A DNA stretch of 64,000 nucleotides from Nitrospirales bacterium (GCA_965203295.1 CBDBCZ010000018.1:2240001-2304000), one strand, 5' to 3'. Positions 24,681-38,596 are shown, counted from the first letter of the stretch. Notes: generated from the letters alone by a model not told the origin. Translations and numbers: made by a program.

Positions 24681-26551
24681 CTTCAGCTCAACTTCACCAA
24701 CTGGTAGGATTTTCTTCAAGAGTGGTAGGACACACATCCGGTAGTAGTCCACCTGTGAAATACATGTATACGTAGGTATAGAAATCAAGTGTGTGCCACT
24801 GATGAGAGGCCCTTGGCACATGTATATTCCGGGCAGAGAGGCTGGCCATACATGCAGGCTCTCAAGTGTGATTCAGGTTACTTTCTGGTAACACCAGAGG
24901 ACTCATAGCTTCTCTCAGTTCCTCGTGTGGACCCCGACACTATACTTAATTACAAGCTGTTTGAGGAGGAGGTATAACATGTACAGCATGTATGTACTCA
25001 CTGATGGATCATCTGGTCCACTGGTTAGCCTAACCTCTAAGTGTGACACAAACAGAAGATTTCGCAAAAGGAGCCAGCATCATCAGAGGCTCCAAGAAGT
25101 ACCCAATCGATCGCTGACAGCGGCAGTCATACTACAATTTCCCTCCCACTAGTAATCCAGGATGGTAGAACACACTATTACCTACAGTATGAAGATGTTT
25201 GTGACCCCAGTAAGAATGACTTCATGAACATATATATAAGCAAGCTAAGGTAGATATTGGAATTGATTGCAACAGAAAACATTAACTCACACCCAGTACT
25301 CCAAGCCTTTTTCACCTGCAATCAAAAAAATAGCAGGTGAGAAATGCAGGGAGGGCTGGGTACAAGGAATACAATTGCTACTTCTAGCAAGTTCATGAGA
25401 CCATAATAACAGCAGATCAAACACACAAAAATTATTATATACCAGCAACCTTATCTGTTTCATTGACTTCAAACCTGGAACCATTTGTGAATTTGTCTAG
25501 AAGTCCTGCTTCAAGCACTGTAGATCAAATAAAACCACAGGAGCAAGCTCTTTATATGTAGCTTTACTACATGTGTAAATGGTGGGCTTATATACTGAAA
25601 ACATCAGCTCATCAGTGCAGAGTATAAGCTACACATATCTGACTAGCAGCTACATGTAGTACCAACAGGCTCCCTAGCATATTAAAGCAACGGTCCTAAA
25701 GTGTTCGGAAGCAAAGATGACTATAGTGTTTGTGTTGAAAAACCGTTCTCTTGGCAGATTACTTAAACAGCTGGCAGAGCTCACAAAAGTGGAGTGTACA
25801 CTAGGCCATAACCTGCCATCTCGATGGCTTCATATATGAACAAGGAACCTACTGATCAAGTATTCCGAAATAAGTATGATTGCTGTTACACCCTGTCCAA
25901 ATTTATTACAATTCAGATGTTGTTCCAAATGCACTATTCACTTCGAATTGCACTCGTAATGCAACCAGGAAGGTAAATAGCACTCGGCTTTGCCTCATGC
26001 AATTGATTCCTTCCTGGTTGCATTACTTGTGCAATTCATCCTAAATTGCACAGCAACCCATGCTATTACGTATACAAACTGCAAGCTTTGCAAAAATTGC
26101 ACAAAATGATCGCCGGAGCAGGTACTGCAGATTAGAGTAGCTTTTTGCAAATTACGGCTTGCACAAGACATTAAAGCAACGACCTTCAGGCTCAGTGAGT
26201 CTCGCCTGCAAGACTACCACCACAATGACCTGAGCCTAGAATAATTTCTTCAACATCACTGGACACAGATGATTAAAAAATATGCCTCTAGGCAACTATA
26301 ATTTGACAATTTATTCACTACCCCCACCCACTCACCCGTACAGTTTCCCCCAGTTGTATGAAACCTTGGGTAGTAAATTTAGTGGGTAAACTGCCTTCAG
26401 TGTATATACTCAGACCTCTTAGTCCTGGTTCATCTGCATCTCCTCGTACTCTAGCTATCCTCACTGGTCGAGAGCTGAGTGTAGATAGTACTAGTCGCTG
26501 CCGAAAGTAGGTACAGCCTTCGAAAGTCAATAACTTCGATCTGGGGTCCAT
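24681..26551 (-). pseudogene. RCL1: RNA 3'-terminal phosphate cyclase-like protein pseudogene (exons 26416-26551, 25002-25181, 24681-24752)
   Basis: Exons translate as MDPRSKLLTFEGCTYFRQRLVLSTLSSRPVRI...EPGLR, YHPGLLVGGKL*YDC..RSIGYFLEPLMMLAPF and VDYYRMCVLPLLKK..ELK. There is a TAG at 25132-25134 and an apparent 4-nt insertion near 25025-25032 that shifts RGLT..DDPS out of frame. Exon 2 and downstream exons are not found. Confidence 0.9.
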
Positions 26552-29500
26552 CTGACACCGCACCACGTGCTAAAAGCTTAGAGTGTGTGTGGCTCAACAT
26601 CGGCAGCCACACCCCCAGTTCATCTCTACACCGTACTTGTCCCATGCCAGAGGCAGTGTGCTCTCCTCGTGTCTTTGCGTGAGTCGATATGTGGTTATGT
26701 TTTTTTTAGATCCTATATTCCCAGCCCCAAGCCACATTTTTAATGAAGGAGACCGGGATTATTTGAGTGGCATACTGGCATAAGTATCTGGTTGAACACA
26801 TTATAGACTACTAGCTAGCGCTGTAGTGCGCAAGCTGACGGGGTATGTATGCATGTCAGGACAACAGCTTGTGGGAGTGGTAAACTAAAGCGGCATCACG
26901 ACAGCTGTGCAATTATAGGAATGGATTGCATCTGCTTGACCATGAATTGTGTGATTCATCATAGATGGTTTCATGTACATTTCTTTAGGCCTATACTTCA
27001 GATCAAGTATATGGAGAATGGTGTACATAATTCCACTTCTACAATACAGCTCACCGTAACATAGAGCTGTACTTGCCCATATGTATAATACTGATTGTGA
27101 ATCTCACTATTAATGCAGGTTCTACGCAGACGGCATGCTGCTATAACATGGAGACCCAGAGTGAAGAAATACACGTACTGCAGAACAGGTAGGAATTTCC
27201 ATCATTGTGGAATCTACTGAATGGTGCGTACTACTGTATTCGTACTTCATAGTACAATGACCAAGTTTATTATTAGATAAACCGGCTCCACTCCAGGTTG
27301 TATCTTGCGATTTAATTCTCCAGCATACGTATTACGTCCGAGTGAGTATATGTGTACAGGTTAGTATGTATATTTACATACATATATAGGCATGTATGTG
27401 TATTGGCCGCATTTTGTGAATCAGTGCTATTTTATAAAAATAATCTGTTACCATTGTATAAATCTATGAACTGCACAGTGCTAACACTATCTAACCCTAG
27501 CCCCAAACCGAACTCTAACCCTTATCCTAACCCTAGCCCTATAAAAATAAGAATGCACAGTGCAATTTATTTACATTTTTGAGTCAGCTTAGTGTTGGCA
27601 GTTATGTAGTAGCTACTACTTTCCTGCAGCATTATCTTTTTTTGCAACTGACTAAGCTTGCTCCAGAGATATTATTGTTACTGTTGTATAGCCACACAGA
27701 TTTATTATAGGTGCATAGAAGTGGGGAGTGGAGACTGGTAACGATGCTACGTATACACACACACACATCATAAGGCTGTAGTATTAAGAAGTTGCCCAAA
27801 GAATAGATAAAGTGATCTATCATATCTTACAGCTGTTATGAACTACACTGACCGATTGAAGGAACTAAAGGAGCTTGTTGGGTATGTTTTTATGTCTTAT
27901 GTATTGTGATATTGAATTGTTGCTGATGAAGTATTGCATAACACAGGAATGTGATTTTAATTTCATGCATTAATTGATGATACCTAGCCATAACTAGTCC
28001 ATTATTGTATGGTTAGTATGTATAGTCCATAATATATTCGTGCTATTTTTATAGGTACTGTAAACTGTGCTATTACCAATGCTAATCTTTACTGTACGTA
28101 GCTATTTCATGTAGTAGATAGCATTGTGAGTAGCATACACACATATGCACCGGCATAGGAAGCGGGGGGCTGAAGCCCCGCTGAATGCAGGAAGCAGGTT
28201 GCTGTGTCCACCTAAAAATTGTGCCAATGAAGAATTCAGTTAACTGTCTGCACTGTACAACTGTTGTGTTCTTGCATTGATATGGTAGCCCAGAGGCATA
28301 GTCAGTCTTTTTTCACCCCGGCTCCGTGGCGCTCACACAGTGTCACTGCTGTTTCTTTGTAGCTGCCAAATCAGTCCCAATTTTTTTTTCTGCACTGTGT
28401 GGAAACACTATCTGCCGCTGTGCAGCCTCTTGCGCCAGCCTCCGTATCCCGAAACACTTTCCCAAGCCCCTGGGATAGTGGTGAGAACCTTGGTAGTATT
28501 CTAGCAATCAGTACCTCTATCTATCCACCCACAAACAAATGTTCATGCTCAGCATTAGTGACTGTAGTTAAGAGTTAATATTATTAATCTGGAAGAATAA
28601 ATTATATGTCAATCAGGATGGTACTGGTTGATTAATTAAACATGTGGTTGCTCTTTCTCTTGTCCTCTGACTGGAGGTCTTGCAAGCTCCGCCTGTGTAT
28701 GTGGGTGCGTGGTCAATGATGTAAGTGTTATGGCCGCAACATGAGTATATATTATAAGCGACTGCACAGAAGCAGTGAACTACACACATGCTAGCTACGT
28801 AGTGTAGTACAGTCTTCATTCTCTTTTGAGTACTGCTTTGCATATATAGCACCTGGGATGCTACACCACTGAAGTAGTTGTCATGCAGGATATTCATTGT
28901 CACTAAACTGTTTCTACAGGGTGATAGTGCTTTCACTTGATGAAGAAACTATGCGGGATTGTAGCCCTTTGTAGTTAAATTCTCAATAGCACCTTTTACT
29001 CTACAATACAGCTTGCTAGATTTACATGTAGGTTCTTATCATTAGAGGCTTGAAATAATTATGCTGAAAATAATAGCAAGACATTAGCATAAAGCATGAT
29101 TCTAGAGTAGTAGCAAACCTCATCGTTTATTGGTGGCATGTGCCAAGATGAGTGGGCCAGCCCTGCCCTCCCGCCGGCAATGCAAGAGGACTGGCAATAG
29201 TTTTCTTTGGTTGAGTGGCTAGCTAGCACTCTATGATAGTATCAATAGCGTCTGATCAAGTGATCGGTGTATTAGTGTCATCATACTTGTCTTTCCTAGA
29301 ATGCTCACTTAATAATTTTTGTTACAGTGTAGCAAAAGCTGTTATTTGAGAAATAATTTGAAATAAAAATCAAAGAATTGGAGAATAGCATTTATCTCAA
29401 GCCTACTCTTCATAATTTGAGATAATGCTGATTGAGCTTGTAAATTATTTTGCAATTAATTGTCCACGTGGATGATGCTGGGCCTGAAGTAGGAATGCAT

Positions 29501-30610
29501 GATATATACGTACCTATGTGTACAGGATTTCCAGTCATGGGGGATAAACAGTGAGTCTGACTTGCTTCAAAGAATGGATCATTATCTTCCTACTCCAAAA
29601 CAAATTAATTGCTGACACTACCATTTACGTATAATTGAAAGCACAATCAAAACAAAATTTAAGGAAGAAAGGGATTTATAACGGTATCAAAGCATTCAAC
29701 CCTGTATTAATTACCCTCTTGTGTTGATCCCATTATTTCTTTGTAGTGTCTGCCAGTCAATACAGTACATACAGCGTGGCTTCCAGGAGCAGAGTAATCA
29801 AAGCCTGTGTACATGTATGAACAGCAGTAGATCAGCTAAATGTAATGACTTGGGAATGTTGTAGTGTACACTGCCTCCACTTGGCAGCCATTACTTGCAT
29901 GAACAGTATGTCACTTTTGCTAAATGTACAGGTATATGTCAGCTCCATATACATGTACGTAGTTTGTCCTTCCTTCCCATGGCTACAGTTCTGCTCTCTG
30001 TTCATGTGGACTGTTAGTAGTGATATTTATAAACGACAAGAAAGTACATATGGCTACAATATGTGCGCCCAGGCTATCAACTTGGCAGTTTTCAATGCAC
30101 ATCACATTCAAATGGGTGTATGGTACTTTATTGGCTGTTGCGTGCATTTCTTATCCAGCTGCTCAGTGCACTATCTTCGTGTCTTACACCCTGAAGGGTT
30201 AGTCAAAGAGGCCATGCAATTTGTAGCAACACCTAAGAAAGAGCTATGTATGTATATGCGGATCTGAAGTCTACAATATAGTTGGATAGGTTACAGTATA
30301 CATATTAACTGTTCCTAATTATACATTGCATTATGTTTATGGTTTACTAAGTAAGTGGAAATACTATTAATACCTTACACTTCCATGGACAGCATCTGTT
30401 AGGCTGCTAACTGGCCAGAAGTTGTATTACACTAGCACGTTCACATACATACACACATGTGTACGTATGATAGGTTTTGTGTGAACAACAGTGCAGCTAG
30501 CATGTCTCTAGTAAGTATGCAGAATCACTCAATACACTCAAATTTGCCAAATGGTACTGTACATGTACAAAACGTAAGTGCAATGAATTATGTATGCAGC
30601 AATAACCCAG

Positions 30611-32760
30611 TATAAGATTTGGAAAAACAGAGGTACGCATGTACATACGTATAATATACCAGTATCCAGTACTTATTTGCACGTAATTACACCCACAATG
30701 AAAATGTAGCATGAGAATTTACTCTGGTGTAAGGGAAGCATGCTATTATTATCCTCCAATTAATGTTACATGCAAATACGTAGCAGTCTGTTCACGTACA
30801 TATTTCATACTAGTAACAGTTGAGTTGTATGCGTATCTGCTGGCAGCCATCACTACTAGCACACCTAGTGTTGTGTTCAGAGTCACTGGCTAATTTTGTT
30901 TTCTTCAGATTGGTTTGTCTTTACACTTATTAAAACAGTTGATTATCTTCTTATCAGTTCTTTCTTAGCAGTATTCTCTTTCTATATCCACATTTGAATA
31001 CTCAGGGCAAAAAGTATCAAGAACACTGTGCAGATCAACAAGGACATGTCACAGAAAGCACTGCTGTCAGCCTATCAGCAAGAGATCACAAAGTTGAAGC
31101 AACAGCTTGAACACAGGTTCATACTATATATTAGTAGGATATTACCCACCTCAACAGCTAGAACACGTGTACAAACATATTAGCTATTTGCGATAATTGA
31201 GATACAGCCCACATCTACATACTGCTGCTCTAGGGATATTATTTTGGGTCATGAAGAAATTGAGAGGCTTGAAAGAGAAAGGGAGGAAGCTCAAAAGGAA
31301 AAAATGAGGAGGGTGCAATTGAGACAAGTCTGCCGTGTTGAATCTACTGCTGTGTAAACGATTCTCCCAATACTTCTCCTTCATAGGCAGCAGTTCTGGA
31401 GACCCACCAACAGCTAATGAGTCAAGCTCAAGCTGAGAGAGATGCCTTGTATGGCAAGATAGCAGACCTGGAAAGAGTGGTATGTAAAAGCCATTTGTGA
31501 ATGATGTATGTAGAGAAGTAACATACGTATGTGTGATATGTACATATGCATGTTTTTGCTAGATTACAGCTGATCATGTTAGATGTATACGTATACTACC
31601 AGCAACCAATTGCAGAGTTTTCACGAACCATTTTATAGCCTGGTAGACTAATTGAGTCAACTCTTCCCCATGTAGTTTAGATGCACAATAATGTAGCAAT
31701 TGTCTTTTTGATTTTCAGCTTCTTTAAGGTGGCAGTAGAGACATTAGTGAGTCTGAAGTGTTCCGAAAAGCTGTCCAAATGGTGAGACTTGTCAATGATC
31801 GTTATATTACAGTGCAAATATTTGAACTTATTTTCCTTTCCTTTGTTGCTACTAGGCAAAAAACCGGATTAGACATGAATCTGAGTCCCAGTTAGAGTGC
31901 AGGCTTGCTGAATTGGAAGCTGAGAAGAATAAGTTAGGTTGTACTTTGACCCCAATACCTACCAAATCTGGGATGATATATATTTCGCAAGGCCTGAGAT
32001 TGTTCTTACCCTGTCTGACATTAACATTATAAAGCTGTCCACTGCAAATCTTTGTAAAGGTTCAACTCCACCACTTGCTATGTACATACCCTATAGCAAT
32101 TGAAAGATTGATAAGTTGTCATTAATTGCGTGTGCAAGAGTTATATGGTAGACACCTACAACAACTCCATTAATAATCAGTAGCACTTAAAGTTACGTAT
32201 CGTAGTATAATAGAGAATGTGCAGCAGATTGCCATACAATCAGGTATGCTGGCCACAAAAAAAAAATTAGACCCAAATTCTTTGACCCATACGTATATCC
32301 CAGCTCTAGTTTAGTCAGTTGATTTTGTATTGTGAGTCTGCGCCATGCACTCCACCTTCATGTCCATCTCCAGGCTACAATTCTTCCCTTAGCTTGGTAA
32401 AGTACTCCCTCTCTTTCTCCACCTCTGCACACTCATCTTGCAGCCTTTGTGAAAATACAGTGAAATACGTAGAGTGATGTGTGATTGTATTGTAATCTGC
32501 TGCACATTCTCTGCACTAGCACATCCCAGCACATCACAGTACAGGAATACCATGCCATGTAAGAATATTATGCATGTATAATGTCATGTGTCAATTAAAA
32601 CCACAGAGGCTCTCTACCGAGTTCCAGTGAATACTCAGGGTCAGTGTAGTATAAAGTACATGGACTTTCCCTACATTGCTTTGGATGTGAATTGCAGTTA
32701 AAGACTGAACAGTGGAGTAGCAGTTTGTGATAAGATTGCATTTGGGAGTTTAAAAGTAGA
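30611..32760. repeat. Segmental duplication, arm B (30611-32242 inverted vs 22339-23975; 32243-32512 direct vs 22110-22369; ~32625-32758 inverted vs ~20118-20252)
   Basis: Direct visual alignment of the two regions. Confidence 0.85.
31006..31935 (+). pseudogene. Kinesin-family gene fragment (motor C-terminus/neck plus coiled coil), copy B; exons 31006-31116, 31234-31312, 31387-31479, ~31856-31935
   Basis: Translates as RAKSIKNTVQINKDMSQKALLSAYQQEITKLKQQLEH (kinesin alpha6/neck-linker/neck-coil pattern), then EEIERLEREREEAQKEK and LMSQAQAERDALYGKIADLE. No upstream motor exons (P-loop, switch motifs) are seen. Confidence 0.7.
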
Positions 32761-35054
32761 GTAAGCCACTGATGATCGGCCACCAGGTATATTCCGACGC
32801 GCTAGCGCCGAGCGCGTAAATTACTGGAAGTGGGCGCACTTCGGGTTGAAAGTTTGGTGTTTCTCCGTGTCTTGGTTCTCGAGCTATAGCCTTCCAAAGT
32901 TGAAATTCGGACACAGCTATGATCGGACAAAAGTAAGTATTGCCGGACACCGCTCCGTGTTTCCTCCCTGAAGCAACTTTTGGTGATCTTTCTTCATTAT
33001 TGGGAGGCCCCACTACCGTACTGCTGCACGCCAAGTTTTCGCCATCGTAGCTGCTTTGAGCACGGAGGGGTGTTATTGAATGTAGAGCCGTGTCACCCTC
33101 TCTATAATCGGACAGTGGATTTTGTCTTTTTTCGGTGTAAGGACGCCAAAACACTCTCCAAACGCTAGGATTTGGATATCGTTGGAAAGTACAGACACTT
33201 AGCAACGCAACGGTGCAAGCCCGATATTCATATGTCGTATGGTTCTCTTTGGAGCTATTACACCCCCCCGGATGCTACATTTTGTTACAGTGAACTAATT
33301 AATGCATGTGGCCCTGCATGTGAATGCACAAGGGATAATGGTAATTATTAATAGTCACCCACACCATGGGTTTTGGGGTATGTAGTGGCCCCACCAGTGA
33401 CATGGCTGCTTCTTTTACAGTACTTACAGCATGTGATTGCTTAGCAATCCAAAGAATCTGTAGGGCTTTGAGGTTTGAGGTTTGCATGATTGTCTGCAAA
33501 GCCAAGCTGTAAATCATGCTAGAGCTTTGATGTAATTCAATTCCCATGGGAAAGGTTTACAGAGACTCCTTGGGGAAGCTGCATTCCCATGCACACAAGT
33601 TAGCAAGGCTTTTTTTTTTAAATGCCAGTATAGGCCCATGCATGCAGTAAAAAAATTATGCACTCAGAGTACTTATTATCAATACAATACAAGGTTTGGG
33701 GTGAGAAGTGTCTTACTGACCCTGAGGCCAAAATTTGCAATTGACTAGGAGATTTGTACCTGGAGGCACACGCTACAACTTCAGTATATCTCATGAAGAT
33801 TTTATTATAATTAGGTATAATTAGGTATATACTTTGGATTGCTAATTTAAAACAATATTGTTACTGTAGTAATATTGCTGTGAAAATCACATAATATATA
33901 TAGCTTGGGTAGTATCATGAATATATATGCATATAGTGATGAGAAATACACAATTGATTAAGAATTACTCGGCTTTTGTCAGAGTACATGCATGCTTGCA
34001 GTATTCCATTGCACTGCCTTAAATCACCTTATAATTGTAGTTCTAAGATATTGTACCAAAAATGTTCAAAAATAATCATTAAAATTTTATGGTCTGACAG
34101 CGCTAGCTGCATGTATTCTGCCACCGATTTATGCACCAGAAAGCTGGGAGTGCATGGAACTAGTGCAATATGTTTCAAAGTTTTTTGTTATTGTTTTTTT
34201 TTTTCCTGTTCTTTTTTCTGAGGAGGCTACACCCTGCATGCAGCTATAATATAGCGCTGTCAGACCATAACGATGCACACCGCATGCATATGCATGCATT
34301 AATGAAGATTCAAGACAGCAAAATCGACTCACCTGACATAGTTCTTTTCGGATAACTACCAGCAACTTGCGATACGAACCGGCGTACGCGTGTTCTGTTA
34401 CCGATTTAGAACCCATGCAGGGACAGCCGCAGTTGGACTAGGATTTTCACTTCTGTCAGCTAGCTCCGGGACCGGGGTTAGCGAAACGGCGAGCTGCAGC
34501 CACTCTTCCACTGATTGCGGTGAAAAGACTGCATGTGCAGTGCTATATACTATACATTGTATGCACACAATCTCGTAAAATTCCCCCGGCGGGCGACGCC
34601 ACATGTATGAACGGCGGGTGACGCGGCATGTAGGCGTTATACGTTGCTCGAGATCTATTTCGGGAACCAAATACAAATTCAAACCCTCAGAGAATTCGGT
34701 TCAAACGTAGGTATTTACCTAATAGTGTGAATTTTTAAGGAATCATGGCTGGAAAGAAGCGAAAGCTCCCTAGAGACCTGTCGGAAGCCGAGGTACTTGT
34801 CCGAACGGAAAAGTTGTCCATTTCTACAATAACCGCGGCTCGTCCATCACTGAGTGAAGTGACACTAAGTGATATCGGTGTAGCTCCATTGCGCAGCCTT
34901 AGTCCAGAGGAATTTATGGCATGGCTTGTAGCTAGGTTTGGGGTGAAGGAGTCGAAGAAGATTTGTTCTGTCGCTGCCAGTATACCGCCAACCTTAACTT
35001 CCGCACAACGCGATCGCTACATCCAGAAACATCTAGGATGGGTGTCTCTAATCG

Positions 35055-35232
35055 CTGGACTGGATTCTCCACTGGAACGAGGGACTGGAGCGTGGGACTG
35101 GACTGATCGACTGGAACGTGGGACTGGATTGATCGACTGGAACGTGGGACTGGCCTGATCGACTGGAACGTGGGACTGGCCTGATCGACTGGAACGTGGG
35201 ACTGGATTGATGGACTGGAACGTGGGACTGGA
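35055..35232 (+). repeat. Tandem ~26-bp GGGACTGGATTGATCGACTGGAACGT array, probably a transposon subterminal region
   Basis: About five consecutive units visible. Confidence 0.8.
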
Positions 35233-35697
35233 TTGAATTACTCAACAAGAAATAGAAACTAACTACTGCCATTAGCGATGCGCAGAGAAAGAGACGCTCC
35301 CCCGTAGCCCCGCCTCCCAATTTACGTAAACATTCAAAAAAAAGAAATGCCCAAAAGTGGGGTGGATTATATTGCATGACAACGGATACGCTTGAGAACA
35401 TATTATAATACGCACGCCGCTCTTAGCTATGTGCCACGTGTGGAGTTGGAAGCTGAGGTCTATCAATTTTGACTTTGGACTATCGTATTAGTTTCTCATC
35501 CCCAGGCCCCGTTGAGCTCTTCGTTTTCTTTAATAGTGCGCTGTTGTGTTGGTAGACTTTATATAGTCGAGTCGAGTGAAGTATTTATTAGTTTGGGATG
35601 GCTGGAACTTCATCAAGCCCGATCCTTCTTTCCAGTGATGAGAGTCCGCGCTCTTCACCGGTCCAGTTGCTATCGCCTGTGAAAGTGGTTTAGCGGG

Positions 35698-36464
35698 CTG
35701 TCACTGGAATTTTGGTCCTGGAAAAAATGGTCCTAGGACCAAAATTTCCGCTGGAAAAATTGGTCCCCCCCCCCCCGGACCATTTTTTTCCGGGTAAATT
35801 GGTCCTACCCTGAAAATTTTGGTCCGCCCATCAAGTTCTAGCAGAGTTGGTCTTACGTACCTTGAAAATTTGCTTATACATGACACTGTATGCATGGCAT
35901 AGTTAATATCAACCTTTAGTTTGACCATTAGGTAGTTTAATACAAAGGTATGAGACAGTGTCTCAGTCACAGGCACCGATATCCTACAAACTGATTGCAG
36001 TATAGCTACACCGGGAATTTGTCTACTGACTGTAAAGTCGATTCTGTGGCCCGTTACAGCTTGCATGCTGTATGAAATCATTGACATCTTCCTTCTCTCG
36101 AAGCAGTTCCACAGATGACGAAGCATTTTCCCTTGGTCGAAGTGGTACTGACCTGGGAGCTACAAAATGTATAGATCTAGCTATATACGCTCACGGCAAG
36201 CTTACGACAAAGCTATTGACGGTAGCCGTAGGCTATGACAACAAACAAGCCAATACAATATACTCAATCATGTAGCCATCCACCTTAGTGTAGTAGTTCA
36301 CTCTATCAAGCGGAAATACAGTAGCAGACAGAATTCGCTTATGGCGCAGATCGGACCATTATTTTCACGGGGGGACCAAAATTTTCAGGAAAAAATGGTC
36401 CGCCCGGACCGGTAATTTTGGTCCCCCGGACCAATTTTTCCGCCGGACCAAAATTTCCGTGACA
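35698..36464. mobile_element. Non-autonomous TIR element (CTGTCAC..AATTTTGGTCC ends, many GGACCAAAATT subterminal repeats) abutting and truncating the Penelope ORF
   Basis: Left end CTGTCACTGGAATTTTGGTCC, right end GGACCAAAATTTCCGTGACAG; the last ~33 residues of the 519-aa ORF come from this element. Confidence 0.75.
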
Positions 36465-38474
36465 GTACAATGCCTCGGATGGCAGCTGTCAGGTGATAGG
36501 TATTGGTGGGTATCAGTTGGCTTAGTGAACAGATCTGTTTGAGTGGTCTCTCCATCTAGAATGACGGTAGTGTCCAGGAAGGAGACCTGTGTGGTAGACC
36601 ATTCCGCAGTGAACTTGATGGTCTGATGAAAGATGTTGATCTGTTTGAGAAAGGACTCCAGCTCGTCTTGTCCACCGGTCCAGATGGCAAAAACATCATC
36701 TATGTATCTCCACCATAGAATAGGTCGAGTTGCTGTCCACGCCAACAAGGCTTCCTCCAGGTCAGCCATAAAGATGTTGGCATATGATGGTGCCATCCTT
36801 GTGCCCATGGCGGTACCCTGGGTCTGTAGGTAATGCTCTCCATTGAACGCAAAGTTGTTCAGTTCGAGGAACTGTCTAATCATCCGAACCAAATAAGTGG
36901 TGGGTGGGGCTGGTGAGGAGCGTGTCTGCAGGGCCCATTTGCAAGCTTGTATTCCCTCTTCATGTGGAATGTTAGTGTACAAGGAGCACACATCCAGCGT
37001 AACCAAGAAAGATCCCAGTGGTAGAGGTCCCAACGATGATAGCTTCCTTAAGAAGTCAGACGTGTCCTTTATGTAGGATGGCGCCTGCACGACAAGGGGG
37101 CGTAGGTAGTAGTCGACGAACTCAGAAATGCGTTCAGTTGGAGCTGCACATGACGATACGATGGGTCTACCTGGGTTTCCCTGTTTGTGGATCTTTGGCA
37201 GGTGATAAAACCGGGCAGTGCGGGGGTTGGTTGGAGTGAGGTACTTAAACGTATCCTTGCTGATGTGATCTCCTTTGAACATCTCTAGAACGAGTTCCCT
37301 GACTTGTTCCGTATGTTGAGCCGTGGGGTCCAAGTCAAGCTTCCGGTAGTATCTCGTATCTGAGAGCTGACGGTAGGCTTCAGCCATATATGCTTCCTTG
37401 CTCAGCACCACTATCGCAGATCCTTTGTCCGCAGGCTTTATGATGATGTCTGAACGGTTTCTCAGTTGGGTTAACGCTTGACGCTGAATGTGTGTGAGGT
37501 TGTCTTTTCTCCGGATGGATCTGGAAAGACCCCAGGCATCCCTCTCTACTGCTTTCAAGTAGGTTTCAATCTCTGGGATCCTATTCTTCGGGGGCGACCA
37601 CTTGCTTTTCTCTACGAATCGCCTGCTGTCTCGATAGTCATTTTCAGCTTCACTGGAACCTGGGTCATAAAAGAACTCTCTAAGCCTTATTCTGCGACCG
37701 AAACTCTCCAGATCCTGCTTCAACTGAAAACGATTGATTCTCGGGGGCTTTGGGACAAACTTCAGGCCTTTGGACAATAGACTCAACTCGGATGAGGAGA
37801 GATCCTTGCCCGACAGGTTCACAACAGTTCGGGATGGTGGGTTATTGTCTCGAAGTGTGGGAGGGGCTCGTGGGCGTAGACGCCGCGTTCTCGCTGTCAG
37901 TCTAGACTTCTCGAGGTTGATCAATTTGTTTTCTTTCTCTCTTCTAACCTGTTTTCCAGACTCTTCATTTTGTTGTCAAGTATCGTGAGGGCTCTTGCTG
38001 ACGCGCTGCCCGGACTGGAGTGAACCAACTCTCGTTCCAAGTGACCGATCTCATTGTGCAGCTTGTTACAGGTTTGCTTGTAGTGTTCTTTCAGTAGGCC
38101 CACGAGTTTGATCTGTGTCGCTTTGATGACCTTCTTCCATTTGGATCTTAGATGTCTCGTTGGATCAGCGCTTCTAGAGGCAACTTTATAATCAGGCCTT
38201 GTGGTGTGATGTTTCTATTAGAGGTCTTCTTTAAGAAATCTAGATGAGAGCCGTGTTTTGCTTTTTTCTCCTTCAGTGTTCTCAACTTCTTCCATGTTGA
38301 CGAATGTAATAATGTATCAAGATGGGCTGGATCCCCGTGAAGAAATTTTACGGCATTCGGTGGGTGGGTCATAGTAGTCGCTTTTTATTAATCCGAAACC
38401 TGTAACAGCCGATATCTCTACCGAAGATTGTGATACTGATATGTACAATTCGTGGAGGAGTGCTAATCGCGGTT
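36465..38474 (-). mobile_element. Penelope-like retroelement body (N-terminal region plus RT), 3'-truncated by a TIR element, ORF broken by ~2 frameshifts (pieces 38148-38372, 37921-38103, 36465-37924)
   Basis: PLE motifs VVNLS, LLSKGLKFVP, KPADKGSAIV, YHLPKIHK..PGRPIVS, LDVCSLYTNIP, QTQGTAMG, WRYIDDVF, FLDT, KPTDTHQYL..SCHP. Confidence 0.93.
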
Positions 38475-38596
38475 AGTGGCGGCCCACTTCAACTTGCAGG
38501 ATCATTCCCTAGACGATCTAAAAGTAATGGGGATTGAAAAGATCTGGAATAATGACACCGACAGACGGAAATTGAGGGAGCGCTTTTGGATATTAG
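38475..38596 (+). mobile_element. Inverted pseudo-LTR of the Penelope element, first part (endonuclease C-terminus)
   Basis: Translates as VAAHFNLQDHSLDDLKVMGIEKIWNNDTDRRKLRERFWIL, the typical tail of PLE GIY-YIG endonucleases; the frame continues at 46962. Confidence 0.85.

Noticed and set aside
27481..27540. Degenerate TAACCC-like repeats (also 5289-5326) suggesting interstitial telomere sequence
   Set aside because: Short and irregular, and typical of internal tracts of invertebrate non-autonomous elements; no pure TTAGGG array.
27119..29545. Exon-like segments on the plus strand (27119-27188 METQSEEIHVLQNR, ~27832-27882 AVMNYTDRLKELKELVG, ~29526-29550), head-to-head with RCL1
   Set aside because: Splice sites are plausible but there is no recognisable homology, so a gene cannot be supported.
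35055..35232. Regularly spaced repeats resembling a CRISPR array (also the CCTGACA arrays at 38860-39140 and 41975-42475)
   Set aside because: No unique spacers, no cas genes, and a eukaryotic context.
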